DNA from: a virus
Lineage: Duplodnaviria > Caudoviricetes
Length of the DNA: 64,000 nt
IMG/VR virus record: IMGVR_UViG_3300025875_000010
Location: 13,292-77,291 of that record
Reading direction: 5' to 3' (one strand)
Position numbers and translations under genes: made by a program. Position 1 is the first letter of the stretch, and each line of letters starts with the position of its first letter. Below are positions 39,665-48,803 of the stretch, piece by piece. The notes under the pieces were generated by a model, which was not told the origin of the DNA, made no database searches, and worked only from the letters and a program-made list of their open reading frames with translations.

Positions 39665-41002
39665 TCAGCGAAGGCCGTCCATTGAGAAGATAGTACCGCG
39701 CCACATACCATTGCTCTTCTGTAGAGAAGATTCTTCCTCAGACCCGCCAAGGTCTGCGGACTTTCTAACTGCACCTGACTTCTCAACTGCGCCCAGCTTC
39801 TCCTGAACACCATTAAACTTTTCTGTCAAGGTACCAAATCTATTGCTTAGCTCATCGTGCTTTGTAGCTAGGTCTTCAAGTCCCTTTTCGAACTTTTCAG
39901 TGGCCTGCGCTAGAGCTTCGGCATTCTTACTGCCGTGATCTTCCAAAGTTGATTCAATGCTCTTACGTAGATCATCAAACATCTTGGTTAGAGGATTCTC
40001 CTCAACATCGCCGTCCTTAGGAGCGTCCTGGTTAAGTACCTCTGCCTCTTCTACCTTTTCTGCACCGGTTCCGGTAACGCTTACGTTCTCGTCCTTTACC
40101 TCAGTTGCAGTGTCGGCTTCCTCACCCTCAGGTGCGATAGTCTCGCTATCACCCTTAGGAGAAACTTCCTCAGCAGACTCAACCTGAGTGTCAGTGTTTT
40201 CAACAACATCCTCAGGGGTGTTTACATCTTCTTCGTTCTTCTTTTCTGCCATGTTTTCACCTCCCTCAGTTGATTCAAACTTCTCGATAATGGTGTTAAC
40301 CTTTTCTGCCTTGTCACCGCCATCGCTCTCAAACCATCCAATGTTCTGCATCGGTGCGCCACAATCGACGCAATCCTTGGTCTCGTCCGAAGCCACAACT
40401 GCTACCGGCTCATCACCCTTCTTGCAGTAGAAAACATTTTGAAGTTCCATCTTGGCTAGCATTCCGTCTACTTCGGTGGAACCGTCAGCAGCCTTCTGAA
40501 TGCTAAGAATGTTTGATAGCTGATTGGCTGGGTTATCAACAAGTGATAGCTCTACCATTTCGTAATCCTTGATGTATCTAATAGCCTTACCGGCGTCCTT
40601 GTTAAATTTGCTTTCAGCGTCCTTAACGTTACCGCCGATGCTGAAACCGGTTAGAGTGCCATCGTTAACCATTTCCCAAATGTGCTCTGCACCCTTGGAA
40701 ATATATGCGTCAACGTAAATTCCGGTATAAGTCTTTTTAGTCTTCGTGTCAAAGAATTCTTCCTCGCGGGCGTTAACTAGCTTGCCTGCTGGAACTGGCT
40801 GATGCATAAGACGAATGTTTCCACGGAAGTTAGCAAAAGCCTTAGCTGATGCCTCCTTGGTTACAATGTCGCCGTGCAAATCTTCTGAGTCGAGCGTGGC
40901 GAAGCCAGAGACAATTCGCCTCTCCTTGTCCACCTTCTGCAATGGCATGGTGATGCGAATGTTATCGCCTTCACTCTGCCAATTAGCCTTTTCTACTCTC
41001 AT
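39665..41002 (-). CDS. capsid maturation protease with scaffold-like acidic C-terminus
   Basis: RIVSGFAT, RLMH, GFSIGG, ELSLVDNPAN. Confidence 0.9.
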   Translation of the reverse strand: MRVEKANWQSEGDNIRITMPLQKVDKERRIVSGFATLDSEDLHGDIVTKEASAKAFANFRGNIRLMHQPVPAGKLVNAREEEFFDTKTKKTYTGIYVDAYISKGAEHIWEMVNDGTLTGFSIGGNVKDAESKFNKDAGKAIRYIKDYEMVELSLVDNPANQLSNILSIQKAADGSTEVDGMLAKMELQNVFYCKKGDEPVAVVASDETKDCVDCGAPMQNIGWFESDGGDKAEKVNTIIEKFESTEGGENMAEKKNEEDVNTPEDVVENTDTQVESAEEVSPKGDSETIAPEGEEADTATEVKDENVSVTGTGAEKVEEAEVLNQDAPKDGDVEENPLTKMFDDLRKSIESTLEDHGSKNAEALAQATEKFEKGLEDLATKHDELSNRFGTLTEKFNGVQEKLGAVEKSGAVRKSADLGGSEEESSLQKSNGMWRGTIFSMDGLR

Positions 41003-41634
41003 AGGTAAATGTTAACACCGTTTTCTTCAAAAGCAAAATCAAACACATACGTACGGTAATCAGCAGAGCTTCGGTTGCCCTTTGATGAATTACACGATCT
41101 ACAAAGCGGTTGCAAATTATCAATCAAATTGCTTCCACCTTGCGTAATCGGCACTACATGATCTATAGCAATATTATCTCTGGAGCCGCACGCCAAACAT
41201 TTCTTTCCATAAGCTAGGAAAATAGCCTCAATAACATCCGCTGTAATAACACCACTTGAAAGTTTTTTCTTAGAATTATAGTTGTGCCAAGCTGCTTTGT
41301 GTCTTTCAGGGTTTGCCTTATATGGTGGATTAAGACTATTGCGCTGCCTCTTCATCTCTCGATAGCAAAGGCGGCAGCGGCTCTCTCTACCATCCGTAGA
41401 GTTAGTTCGTAAGTTAAATTCTACTAATGCTTTTACCTTTTGACAAGAAATACATTTCTTGTCTGTTGCGCGGGCACGGTTCTGAACAGCAACCACTCTT
41501 AACACACTCTTGGCGTCTTTATTTTTTCTACAAATTTTGCAAACCGTTTGCAATCCATCTTTAGCTAAAGAGTTTCGGCCAAAATTTTCAAATAACTTAG
41601 ACTCCATACAAACCGCACATATTTTAGTTATCAT
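40999..41634 (-). CDS. HNH endonuclease with N-terminal Cys repeats
   Basis: CLACG..IAIDHVVPITQGGSNLIDNLQPLCRSCNSSKG. Confidence 0.9.
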   Translation of the reverse strand: MITKICAVCMESKLFENFGRNSLAKDGLQTVCKICRKNKDAKSVLRVVAVQNRARATDKKCISCQKVKALVEFNLRTNSTDGRESRCRLCYREMKRQRNSLNPPYKANPERHKAAWHNYNSKKKLSSGVITADVIEAIFLAYGKKCLACGSRDNIAIDHVVPITQGGSNLIDNLQPLCRSCNSSKGNRSSADYRTYVFDFAFEENGVNIYL

Positions 41635-43325
41635 GACTGTGTGCGACCGGCGCCCTGCGAAGCGCGTCCTTCACCGGCTGAGTCGGTGGCGTTGGCTGTA
41701 CGTGCCTGGTCACGACTTCTATTTCCCGTAGCCTGAGCACGCTGTTCAGCGCCCGGCCCACCTGACGCTGCCTTTACCTTAGCCGCCTCGGCCGCCTGCT
41801 TCTCCTGAGCCTTAAGCTGCTTATTCTGGAATTCAACAGTTTCTGGTGCGATGGCACTTGCTGCAACCATTGGACGCTCATCTCCCCAAGGTAGGGGAGA
41901 TTGGCCCTTACGAGCACGAACCTCGTTAACCGTCTCAATAGCCAAACGAAGATTACGCTCATCAATCTTAGACTGTGTATCTTCGTCAGTAAGAGCAAGC
42001 TCATTTAACTTTAGACGGAAAATGTCAGTTAGCTCACCAACTACACGATTAATCTTCTTTTCTAACATCTTCTGCTCGGGACGACAAACCTGTTCCTTGA
42101 ATGTCTTGTCTGCATCTCTTGCGGCAGCTAAACCACCAGTAGATTCTGATAGTGATACTTTTGTAACCGGCACTCCATGAGCCATAAGAATATCTGAAAT
42201 GTTACCACGACGATAATTAACGAAGCTGGAATCCTGTGTACCGGCCTCTACTGGCTTCATTTCAAAGCTAGCCTTTTGGTCCTGCTGATCGGCAGGTAAC
42301 GGAACATAAATAGTTCTGTGGTTGCGCCCCTTCAATCCTGTTTCAAAAAACTCTAGAAGATTCTGTTCGCCCTGGCTACTAAATGAAGCTCCCTTAACTA
42401 CAATAACATAACGAGGAACTGCCTTGTTTTCAAAGTAATCAAGGTTGAATCTTGCTGCAAACTCATTACCTACAATTGCCTGCTGGGCAGCTACAATATT
42501 GGGTACACCATAGAACTGGCTGGTTGGGCTGTACTTCTTAATATGAATAATTTCATTTGGACGTGAGTCATTGCCAATAGGATTTGAAATGGTTTCACCG
42601 AAGTTTCGATAGAATGTCGCCCTATTGCTGACCATTTGCACGTAGCCATCGCGCTCCTTACGGATTCGAATGGTCGATGCTGGAATGTGACCAATGTAAC
42701 CAACCGTGCCATCGAGAGTACGACCAATTTCTATGTAACCGTTTCCAGTAACTTCGTAATCAGTCCACACCTTTATCAAAGTCTCAGAAAATGTATCTTC
42801 TGCATTGCAGTCATCTAGATAATCATAAATGGCTTCCTTTGTGCGATCAAGCTTTTTGCGCATTCTCTCCTTGGCATCGCCTTCCGCGTCGCTTAGCTTG
42901 CGCTGCATAGAATGAGTAAAAACAAAATCAAACCCCAAACCGGCGATGTTAGCAACCTTGGCTCTAACCGCAGCAGCATGAGGTGCTGACATTTCATAAA
43001 TTTTAGCTAAGTAATCTAGGTTGTACTTAGGTAATACAACACCAAATAAATTATAAGCATCAATAGTTGATTCTAACTCGTCGCGCTTTGTACCGGCATC
43101 GGCGTGGCCTGAGTAAACCTTTTCCATCCTGCGGGTCTGTGTGCGCTTGGTGTTTGCATCAAGACCACGAACCTTCTTTAAATCTGAGCCGCTGACTGAG
43201 AATGGGTCAACAACATCGTTAACTAGCTCTCTATTGGTCTTAATTAACGTGGGGGAAAGAAGGGTCTGCTCATCGTCGGACTCTACGTTCCGATTGCGAC
43301 GCGCTCCTGCTACCCTATCAGCCAT
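41631..43325 (-). CDS. portal protein
   Basis: 564 aa; TGNGYIEI, EIIHIKKYSP..FYGVP, NEVRARKG. Confidence 0.9.
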   Translation of the reverse strand: MADRVAGARRNRNVESDDEQTLLSPTLIKTNRELVNDVVDPFSVSGSDLKKVRGLDANTKRTQTRRMEKVYSGHADAGTKRDELESTIDAYNLFGVVLPKYNLDYLAKIYEMSAPHAAAVRAKVANIAGLGFDFVFTHSMQRKLSDAEGDAKERMRKKLDRTKEAIYDYLDDCNAEDTFSETLIKVWTDYEVTGNGYIEIGRTLDGTVGYIGHIPASTIRIRKERDGYVQMVSNRATFYRNFGETISNPIGNDSRPNEIIHIKKYSPTSQFYGVPNIVAAQQAIVGNEFAARFNLDYFENKAVPRYVIVVKGASFSSQGEQNLLEFFETGLKGRNHRTIYVPLPADQQDQKASFEMKPVEAGTQDSSFVNYRRGNISDILMAHGVPVTKVSLSESTGGLAAARDADKTFKEQVCRPEQKMLEKKINRVVGELTDIFRLKLNELALTDEDTQSKIDERNLRLAIETVNEVRARKGQSPLPWGDERPMVAASAIAPETVEFQNKQLKAQEKQAAEAAKVKAASGGPGAEQRAQATGNRSRDQARTANATDSAGEGRASQGAGRTQS

Positions 43326-43656
43326 TCTTGTCTAGCTCCTTTTGATACTTGTATTCATCAATTAAATTACCAATATCATATGGGTCTGGCGTCTCACCAT
43401 TCTGCATGCGTGCCATTTCTTCTTCCCATTCACCTTCGCTAATTGGACGGGCTCCCTCTTCAAAAACCGGACCGCCCTCCATAATGCCCAACTCATTGTG
43501 AACAAAGGCAATCAACTTAGCAACAGCTTTCATGTCACCCCTGCGTGCGGGTGCGACAAGATAATTAAAGTTTTCGTCTACAACAGGCTTTCCATCAATT
43601 CTCCAAGTGTAAACACCATAGGGAATGCCTTCGTCAACAATCTTATATCCGCTCAT
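43318..43656 (-). CDS. hypothetical protein
   Basis: 112 aa upstream of portal; leaderless promoter TTGACA-16-TAATAT-6-ATG. Confidence 0.65.
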   Translation of the reverse strand: MSGYKIVDEGIPYGVYTWRIDGKPVVDENFNYLVAPARRGDMKAVAKLIAFVHNELGIMEGGPVFEEGARPISEGEWEEEMARMQNGETPDPYDIGNLIDEYKYQKELDKNG

Positions 43657-43705
43657 AAATTTATATTAACACAACCATTGTTATTGTCAAACCAATGACC
43701 AGCTT

Positions 43706-45262
43706 TTAGCTTTGTCCAGGTATAAATGACCAAGTTTGCGCATAGAATGAAACTGGTGAAGATGATTCTGTCACATTCACTCCAGAACTATCATTAACTC
43801 TTAGAATTGGTGACCCTACATTAGACTTATATAAATTAAGAGCTTGTGCAGCCGTCATCTCATAATCATAGGTAGCTAAATGACCAACGGTTACATCAAG
43901 CATTTCTGTACCGGTCAAATTACCACCAATTCGAAACTTGCTGTCATTAGGAGTAGTAAGAACAAAAATCCAATGAGCCCACTGATCCAATTGTTGCGCT
44001 GTCGCGCTTGTGAAGGGCTGTCCATTTCTGTAAGCAGTCATTCCTACGGCTGAAACATTGCCGCCATCTACTTTGACATAACTAGTTCCAGTATTTCCAA
44101 TAAAAAAGCCAGAATTATCATCAAGCTTGGCCCACATTTCAACTGTGCCAATAGTGTTGGCTTCATCCTGTTGAATTTCCAAGTAACCATTTCTAATAAC
44201 AGCGCCCCAGGTGCTCAGATAGTCTAATGGATTAGGTGTTTCATAATCCATTAGAACAGATTTAAATGCCAAATTTCTCGAACCACTAGTTGGCGTTATT
44301 AATCTATCGTTAAGTATCAACACAGTTAACGAATCAACCCATCCTTCTTCTGGAAGATCAAACCTTAATAGCAAGTTAACATCTGTAGCGTCCTCTAAAA
44401 CAATGGCTCCATTCATTACCGGAGTCCATGTAATATTATCAGTAGAATACGAAAGAACAGCTTTAAATCCTTGATAAGTTAAAGACACACCGGCAATCGT
44501 ATCGGATATCATCGATGATACTGGCACCATGCCCATCCACGTTCCGCCGCCATCGTTGGCTATCATTCTAGTTCCCATAATACCAACACCACTTGTAAAG
44601 AACTGATCCCAATTTGTATAGTCAAAAACAACAGTAGAATAAATGTCAGAGTCTCGATTCATCAACGTCCATGTTGTAGCTCCATTGGCAGATGCCGTCT
44701 GCTCGGGGGCTCTTACGGCCTTACCCCACTCGTAGTGCTGGCCTACTTCTCTTGCAGACAAACCTCTAGCATAGAGCGCAACGCTATCATAAATAGCAGA
44801 CCCCGTACCACCATTAATTCGAATTGAACCTGAGGTAGAAGTAAAGGGAGATAAAAGTAAATCTAAAGATGCTACCAAGGTTGCATCAATATATAGCTCG
44901 GCCTGCGTAGGGCGATAAATCATAGCCACATAAAAAGACTTACTATTGTTAGGAGTCCATGATGTTTCTACCGTACCGGCATCTTGCTTTATCCTTAAAA
45001 TGAAGTCTGTTCCATTCCAAAGCACGCCCTCTCCAGTATGACCAAGTACAACAACTTCACCGGTATTTGTCATCGGCATAAACCAAGCTTCAAGTGTAAA
45101 AGAAATCGCTTCGTATCCCTGATTGTAAGGCTCAAAACTAATGTTATCTGATGCACTGATAAGTGTTGATGATCCTGAACCGGCCACTAACGGCGGGTTC
45201 GATCCATCCAACGTACGAAACGTATGCGGATTACTACTCATCACTTCTAACTCGTAGTTCAT
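43706..45262 (-). CDS. LamG/concanavalin-like domain protein
   Basis: FTLEAWF, LYIDATLV, YDSVALYARGLSAREVGQHY; second LamG-like repeat at C-terminus. Confidence 0.75.
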   Translation of the reverse strand: MNYELEVMSSNPHTFRTLDGSNPPLVAGSGSSTLISASDNISFEPYNQGYEAISFTLEAWFMPMTNTGEVVVLGHTGEGVLWNGTDFILRIKQDAGTVETSWTPNNSKSFYVAMIYRPTQAELYIDATLVASLDLLLSPFTSTSGSIRINGGTGSAIYDSVALYARGLSAREVGQHYEWGKAVRAPEQTASANGATTWTLMNRDSDIYSTVVFDYTNWDQFFTSGVGIMGTRMIANDGGGTWMGMVPVSSMISDTIAGVSLTYQGFKAVLSYSTDNITWTPVMNGAIVLEDATDVNLLLRFDLPEEGWVDSLTVLILNDRLITPTSGSRNLAFKSVLMDYETPNPLDYLSTWGAVIRNGYLEIQQDEANTIGTVEMWAKLDDNSGFFIGNTGTSYVKVDGGNVSAVGMTAYRNGQPFTSATAQQLDQWAHWIFVLTTPNDSKFRIGGNLTGTEMLDVTVGHLATYDYEMTAAQALNLYKSNVGSPILRVNDSSGVNVTESSSPVSFYAQTWSFIPGQS

Positions 45263-45292
45263 AAATTAAGTATAGTCTTAGTCACCCAAAAA

Positions 45293-45437
45293 AGCAAAAA
45301 CCCCGAACTAAAGTCCGGGGTCATGCTGTAACTAACATTTCCATCCTAAGGTGTTCGGGAACTCTTGCGAAATTCAGGCACGAACGCCGTTAACAACTCT
45401 CATCTGTATCGGCCCACAAGCCGCACCCGAGGTTGTG
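45293..45437 (-). ncRNA. candidate small structured RNA (~145 nt)
   Basis: TTTACA-17-TATAAT promoter (45471-45443) and intrinsic terminator (45293-45322) bracket a region with only tiny ORFs and several stems. Confidence 0.5.
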
Positions 45438-45453
45438 GTTATATTATAGCACA

Positions 45454-46395
45454 TCATTTAGCGTCTGTAAAAGTGCCATCAGCCAATAGAACTAGTCTAC
45501 CTTTTTCAAACTTCTGTTCAATTAGACCGTCCTCTTCACGCTTATATTCAGCACTCGTTGGGTAACCAAGACGACCATTCTCCCAACCAGTTGATGCATA
45601 GTAATTAAGGAATGCACCGTGAATATCCCAGGCTCCGGTCTTTGGAGACCAGTAAATTGCCCAACCGGACGCGAAGTGGCTAGAATGTCCAACTCCATGA
45701 GTCAACTCATCGCTCGTAGGAAATCCAGTAGTTAGCTCACTACCAATTACACGCCAACGCTTTAGAATTTCTCCATGAACTTCGTGGGCTGTGCCCTTAT
45801 CAACATTTGGATGCCAATAAATAGCTCCATTAGTAAACTCCTGCCAACGACCAGCCTTATCTAATGTTGAAACTTCTGGACCGTCCGGCTGACCTACGAT
45901 TCCCTTTGTACGGTCATAAGCCACCCTGATGGCTCCTACAATTGGGAACTTGAACTGTGGAACTACTGGTTGTGCTGGGCCACCTAGATTCCAGGCCGCC
46001 TTGCTATCGAAACCGGCGCGGTTCAGACTAAACGATACATGGAAGTGCTTATCGTGTGGATTACTTCCGTTATATGCTCTCCATGTTCTAAAATCAGGAC
46101 TAGTAATTCTGCGGTTGAAGATAATGTATCCTCCACCGGTCAATCTTGGATCACCGGCTGCGCCCTTCTTGCGTAATTCTTCAACAATCCAAGCCGCGTC
46201 AATGCCGTCCTTGTCAACATCGCGCGCACGTACAACACCCTGCCCAGCAATAATTACCCAAGGATTGTGGTCGGAATCTCTAGATGCGTGAGCAGCATCA
46301 CCAATTGTTCCATCTGATGCCTTGTCTCGTTTAGGCCAACGAACATTAATTTCATCTACCAGAGCAATGCTGGCATTACAATTACGCCACGTCAC
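45454..46395 (-). CDS. endolysin: Zn-peptidase (M15-like) domain + LGFP repeats
   Basis: GTIGDAAH..SDHNP..ARDVD..NPHDKHFHVS; C-terminal GFPTSDE and LGYPTSAE repeats. Confidence 0.85.
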   Translation of the reverse strand: MTWRNCNASIALVDEINVRWPKRDKASDGTIGDAAHASRDSDHNPWVIIAGQGVVRARDVDKDGIDAAWIVEELRKKGAAGDPRLTGGGYIIFNRRITSPDFRTWRAYNGSNPHDKHFHVSFSLNRAGFDSKAAWNLGGPAQPVVPQFKFPIVGAIRVAYDRTKGIVGQPDGPEVSTLDKAGRWQEFTNGAIYWHPNVDKGTAHEVHGEILKRWRVIGSELTTGFPTSDELTHGVGHSSHFASGWAIYWSPKTGAWDIHGAFLNYYASTGWENGRLGYPTSAEYKREEDGLIEQKFEKGRLVLLADGTFTDAK

Positions 46396-46499
46396 TTATC
46401 ATCATCGGGATTAGTGGGAGCGTCTGCTTCCTCACCTGCGTAAACCCAGGGATCGGAGTGATCCTGCTCCCCGGCCGTCCTTGCCTTTGGTTCTGTCAT
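46392..46499 (-). CDS. 35-aa acidic peptide (absent from the ORF track)
   Basis: Strong RBS AAGGAGG; MTEPKARTAGEQDHSDPWVYAGEEADAPTNPDDDK*; GTGA overlap with endolysin start. Confidence 0.6.
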   Translation of the reverse strand: MTEPKARTAGEQDHSDPWVYAGEEADAPTNPDDDK

Positions 46500-46544
46500 A
46501 TTTATCCCCTCCTTTCTAGATTAGTATGCTCCTTTCGTTGCTAA

Positions 46545-46584
46545 AAAGCAAATGACCCAGCCTCGGAGTAGAAGGCTGGGTCAT
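46545..46584 (-). terminator. intrinsic terminator after the RNR operon
   Basis: ATGACCCAGCC/GGCTGGGTCAT stem then TTGCTTTTT. Confidence 0.75.
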
Positions 46585-46588
46585 CGAC

Positions 46589-46753
46589 TTATTCTGTTTT
46601 TTCTCTTCCATCTAAAGAATGATGGAGAATATGCCATCCAATTGAGCCATCGTCTCTCTTTACAGGCTCTGTTGTGGGCCCGCAAATACATTCATCATTG
46701 TTAGTGTTATGGTCCACAAGATCATTAACTGGATAAGTATGAACTGCTGTCAT
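46589..46753 (-). CDS. small His/Cys-rich protein (54 aa; absent from the ORF track)
   Basis: MTAVHTYPVNDLVDH...CICGPTTEPVKRDDGSIGWHILHHSLDGRE; TAATG overlap with RNR stop. Confidence 0.7.
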   Translation of the reverse strand: MTAVHTYPVNDLVDHNTNNDECICGPTTEPVKRDDGSIGWHILHHSLDGREKTE

Positions 46754-48696
46754 TAGTTTGCTGAGCCTACAAGCTCACATTGACCTGAAACACAACTTAG
46801 CATCTGCGTTCCAGTAGTGTTATCTTCCTTCTCATATAGTGGAAGGATAGACCAATTAACGTGTGCTGGCATATCTGCAACAAACTGCTTGTAACCGGAC
46901 TCGTCGGTGTCCTGGTATGGTGCTTGCTGATATGTACCGGCATCATATGGAAGAAAACTGATTCCACCAACGATATCCCAGTTTTTGTAAACCCAGTGGC
47001 TTACCTCAATCCATTCCTCTTCACGCACGTTGACGGTGATAGAAGGATTATGCTCGGTCCAGTGCATCTTGTACACCTTCCAGAACTCTAAGTGATCAAT
47101 AGCAGTTAACTCATTTCTGGTGACCGCGCCTACCGGTGCCTTCTGTGGGAAGTAGAAGACAGTTGTACTGTCAGGTGCCATTAGGTCAGGCTCATTAGGA
47201 ATACCGGCGTCATTCATGAATGATGTTAGCGGGTCCTTGTTGTCCTGACGGACGGAGCGAATGTAATAGTCATTGTGCCACGGGTGCATTCCTGACGAGG
47301 TGCCGGTAAGCTGAGAAACTGTTCCGCTAGGCTTGACAGTTGTGATCGCCGTTGAGCGATTGATTCCCATTGCATCTGCCACGCGGGCATTAACTTCAAT
47401 CGTCCGCTCTCGTAGAGAGTCCAATGCGGAAGCCAAGCGGTCAAGCCCTTGTCGGCCAGACGTAAGCTTGTTTCCAAACTGTCCGGTGAGTGAAACTCCA
47501 AGAAGCCTTTCCTCTTCGCAGTTATCTCTCCAAATCTTTCTAAGATACTTGAAATTGGTGAAGCTGGCCTGAATGGTTCCCAAAATGGTTGCAATTTCTG
47601 CCTTCTCAAGTAGTGCCTCCTCCGTATCGCTTTCCTCGACAATAATTTCAGTTAAGTTACAGAACTGATACGGACGCAAAGAAATCTCTCCACATGGATT
47701 TGTTCCACCCAATAGAGAACCGTCGCGTCGCGGTGCGAATGCAGCCTTCTTCATGTTTTCCATGTTTACGATACCGCGCTCGCCTGAACCGGACTCGTAT
47801 AGATTCTGCCATTCGTGCATAAACTCACCGATGCTTGGCTTCTTGTAATGTGCTGCGGAGTTGTTAGCTAGACGACGATATGGAGTTGCCTCCCACCACG
47901 CACCGCTCTTTGCCTTAGCCATATCATAATCGTCCAAGTCCTGCAAACTGATCAGAGCAGAACGGCGCACACCACCCACGACAACCACGTCCCCAATCTT
48001 GCACATAATGTCATGGCACTCAAGGCTTGTAAGCTTTCTTCCTGCTGCTTTCTTGAATGTAGCGATAGCAAAGTCAAATAGATCGACAAGTGGTTGTGGT
48101 CCCGATGAGCGACCTCCAAATGTCTTAAGCTTTGCTCCTGCTGGACGAAGCGCTGTAATATCAATTGCAGGAATCTGTCCAACATAAAGCATGGCAATAA
48201 GTTCGCGTAGCGCGCGTGCCCAACCTTCCTTAGAGTCCTGTACGTTGATTACTGTCTTTGTGTATTCGAAGTGCTCGTTTACAACCGGCAATCTGCTGGT
48301 GTACTTGCGCTCTGCGCTGAATCCTAAACCGGTACCGTTCATCAAAATGTACAGCGCTTCATCAAATGATCGTGGACTGTCTACCGGAATAAAGCTACAG
48401 TTATATCCTGCAACGTGTGAGCGGTCTAGTGCTGGTCCTGCCGTCATCAATGCACGCATCGAAGGCATGACTTTGTGGTTCAAAATTGCTGAGTGAATGC
48501 GATCCCATTCGTCCTCAGTTACTACGTTTGGATAGCTCTTATCCATGTGGTCATGCATGTAGTTCACATAACGGTTAACTGTCTCGTGCCAGGTCTCACG
48601 ACGACCAATATTGTCGTCCCACCTAGCATAACGAGACACGGCAATAAATGCCTTATACGGGTCTGTTAGAGCACCCGTATCATCAATAATACTCAA
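46753..48696 (-). CDS. nrdJ: class II (adenosylcobalamin-dependent) ribonucleotide reductase
   Basis: PSMRALMTAG, YNCS, TNPCGEI, TVKPSGT, C-terminal CVSGQC; no small-subunit gene nearby; TTG start. Confidence 0.9.
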   Translation of the reverse strand: MSIIDDTGALTDPYKAFIAVSRYARWDDNIGRRETWHETVNRYVNYMHDHMDKSYPNVVTEDEWDRIHSAILNHKVMPSMRALMTAGPALDRSHVAGYNCSFIPVDSPRSFDEALYILMNGTGLGFSAERKYTSRLPVVNEHFEYTKTVINVQDSKEGWARALRELIAMLYVGQIPAIDITALRPAGAKLKTFGGRSSGPQPLVDLFDFAIATFKKAAGRKLTSLECHDIMCKIGDVVVVGGVRRSALISLQDLDDYDMAKAKSGAWWEATPYRRLANNSAAHYKKPSIGEFMHEWQNLYESGSGERGIVNMENMKKAAFAPRRDGSLLGGTNPCGEISLRPYQFCNLTEIIVEESDTEEALLEKAEIATILGTIQASFTNFKYLRKIWRDNCEEERLLGVSLTGQFGNKLTSGRQGLDRLASALDSLRERTIEVNARVADAMGINRSTAITTVKPSGTVSQLTGTSSGMHPWHNDYYIRSVRQDNKDPLTSFMNDAGIPNEPDLMAPDSTTVFYFPQKAPVGAVTRNELTAIDHLEFWKVYKMHWTEHNPSITVNVREEEWIEVSHWVYKNWDIVGGISFLPYDAGTYQQAPYQDTDESGYKQFVADMPAHVNWSILPLYEKEDNTTGTQMLSCVSGQCELVGSAN

Positions 48697-48803
48697 TTAA
48701 ATTCCTCCTATACCCCGCCTACAGTGGGGCTTTCCTCAAGATTTGGTTCCTCAAGTGTACCACTGAGACTATTCTATGCAAGGTAAGTCAAAATTATTTT
48801 ACA

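Noticed and set aside
41631-45262. Terminase next to portal
   Set aside because: No ORF with terminase ATPase or nuclease motifs was seen here or elsewhere; probably encoded outside the window.
45380-45410. Hammerhead ribozyme in the sRNA candidate
   Set aside because: CAGATGAG differs from the CUGAUGA core and I could not build stems II and III around GAAA.
48697-48750. Cobalamin riboswitch upstream of nrdJ
   Set aside because: Contains GCCCCACTGTAG but the leader is only ~50 nt and lacks the rest of the fold.
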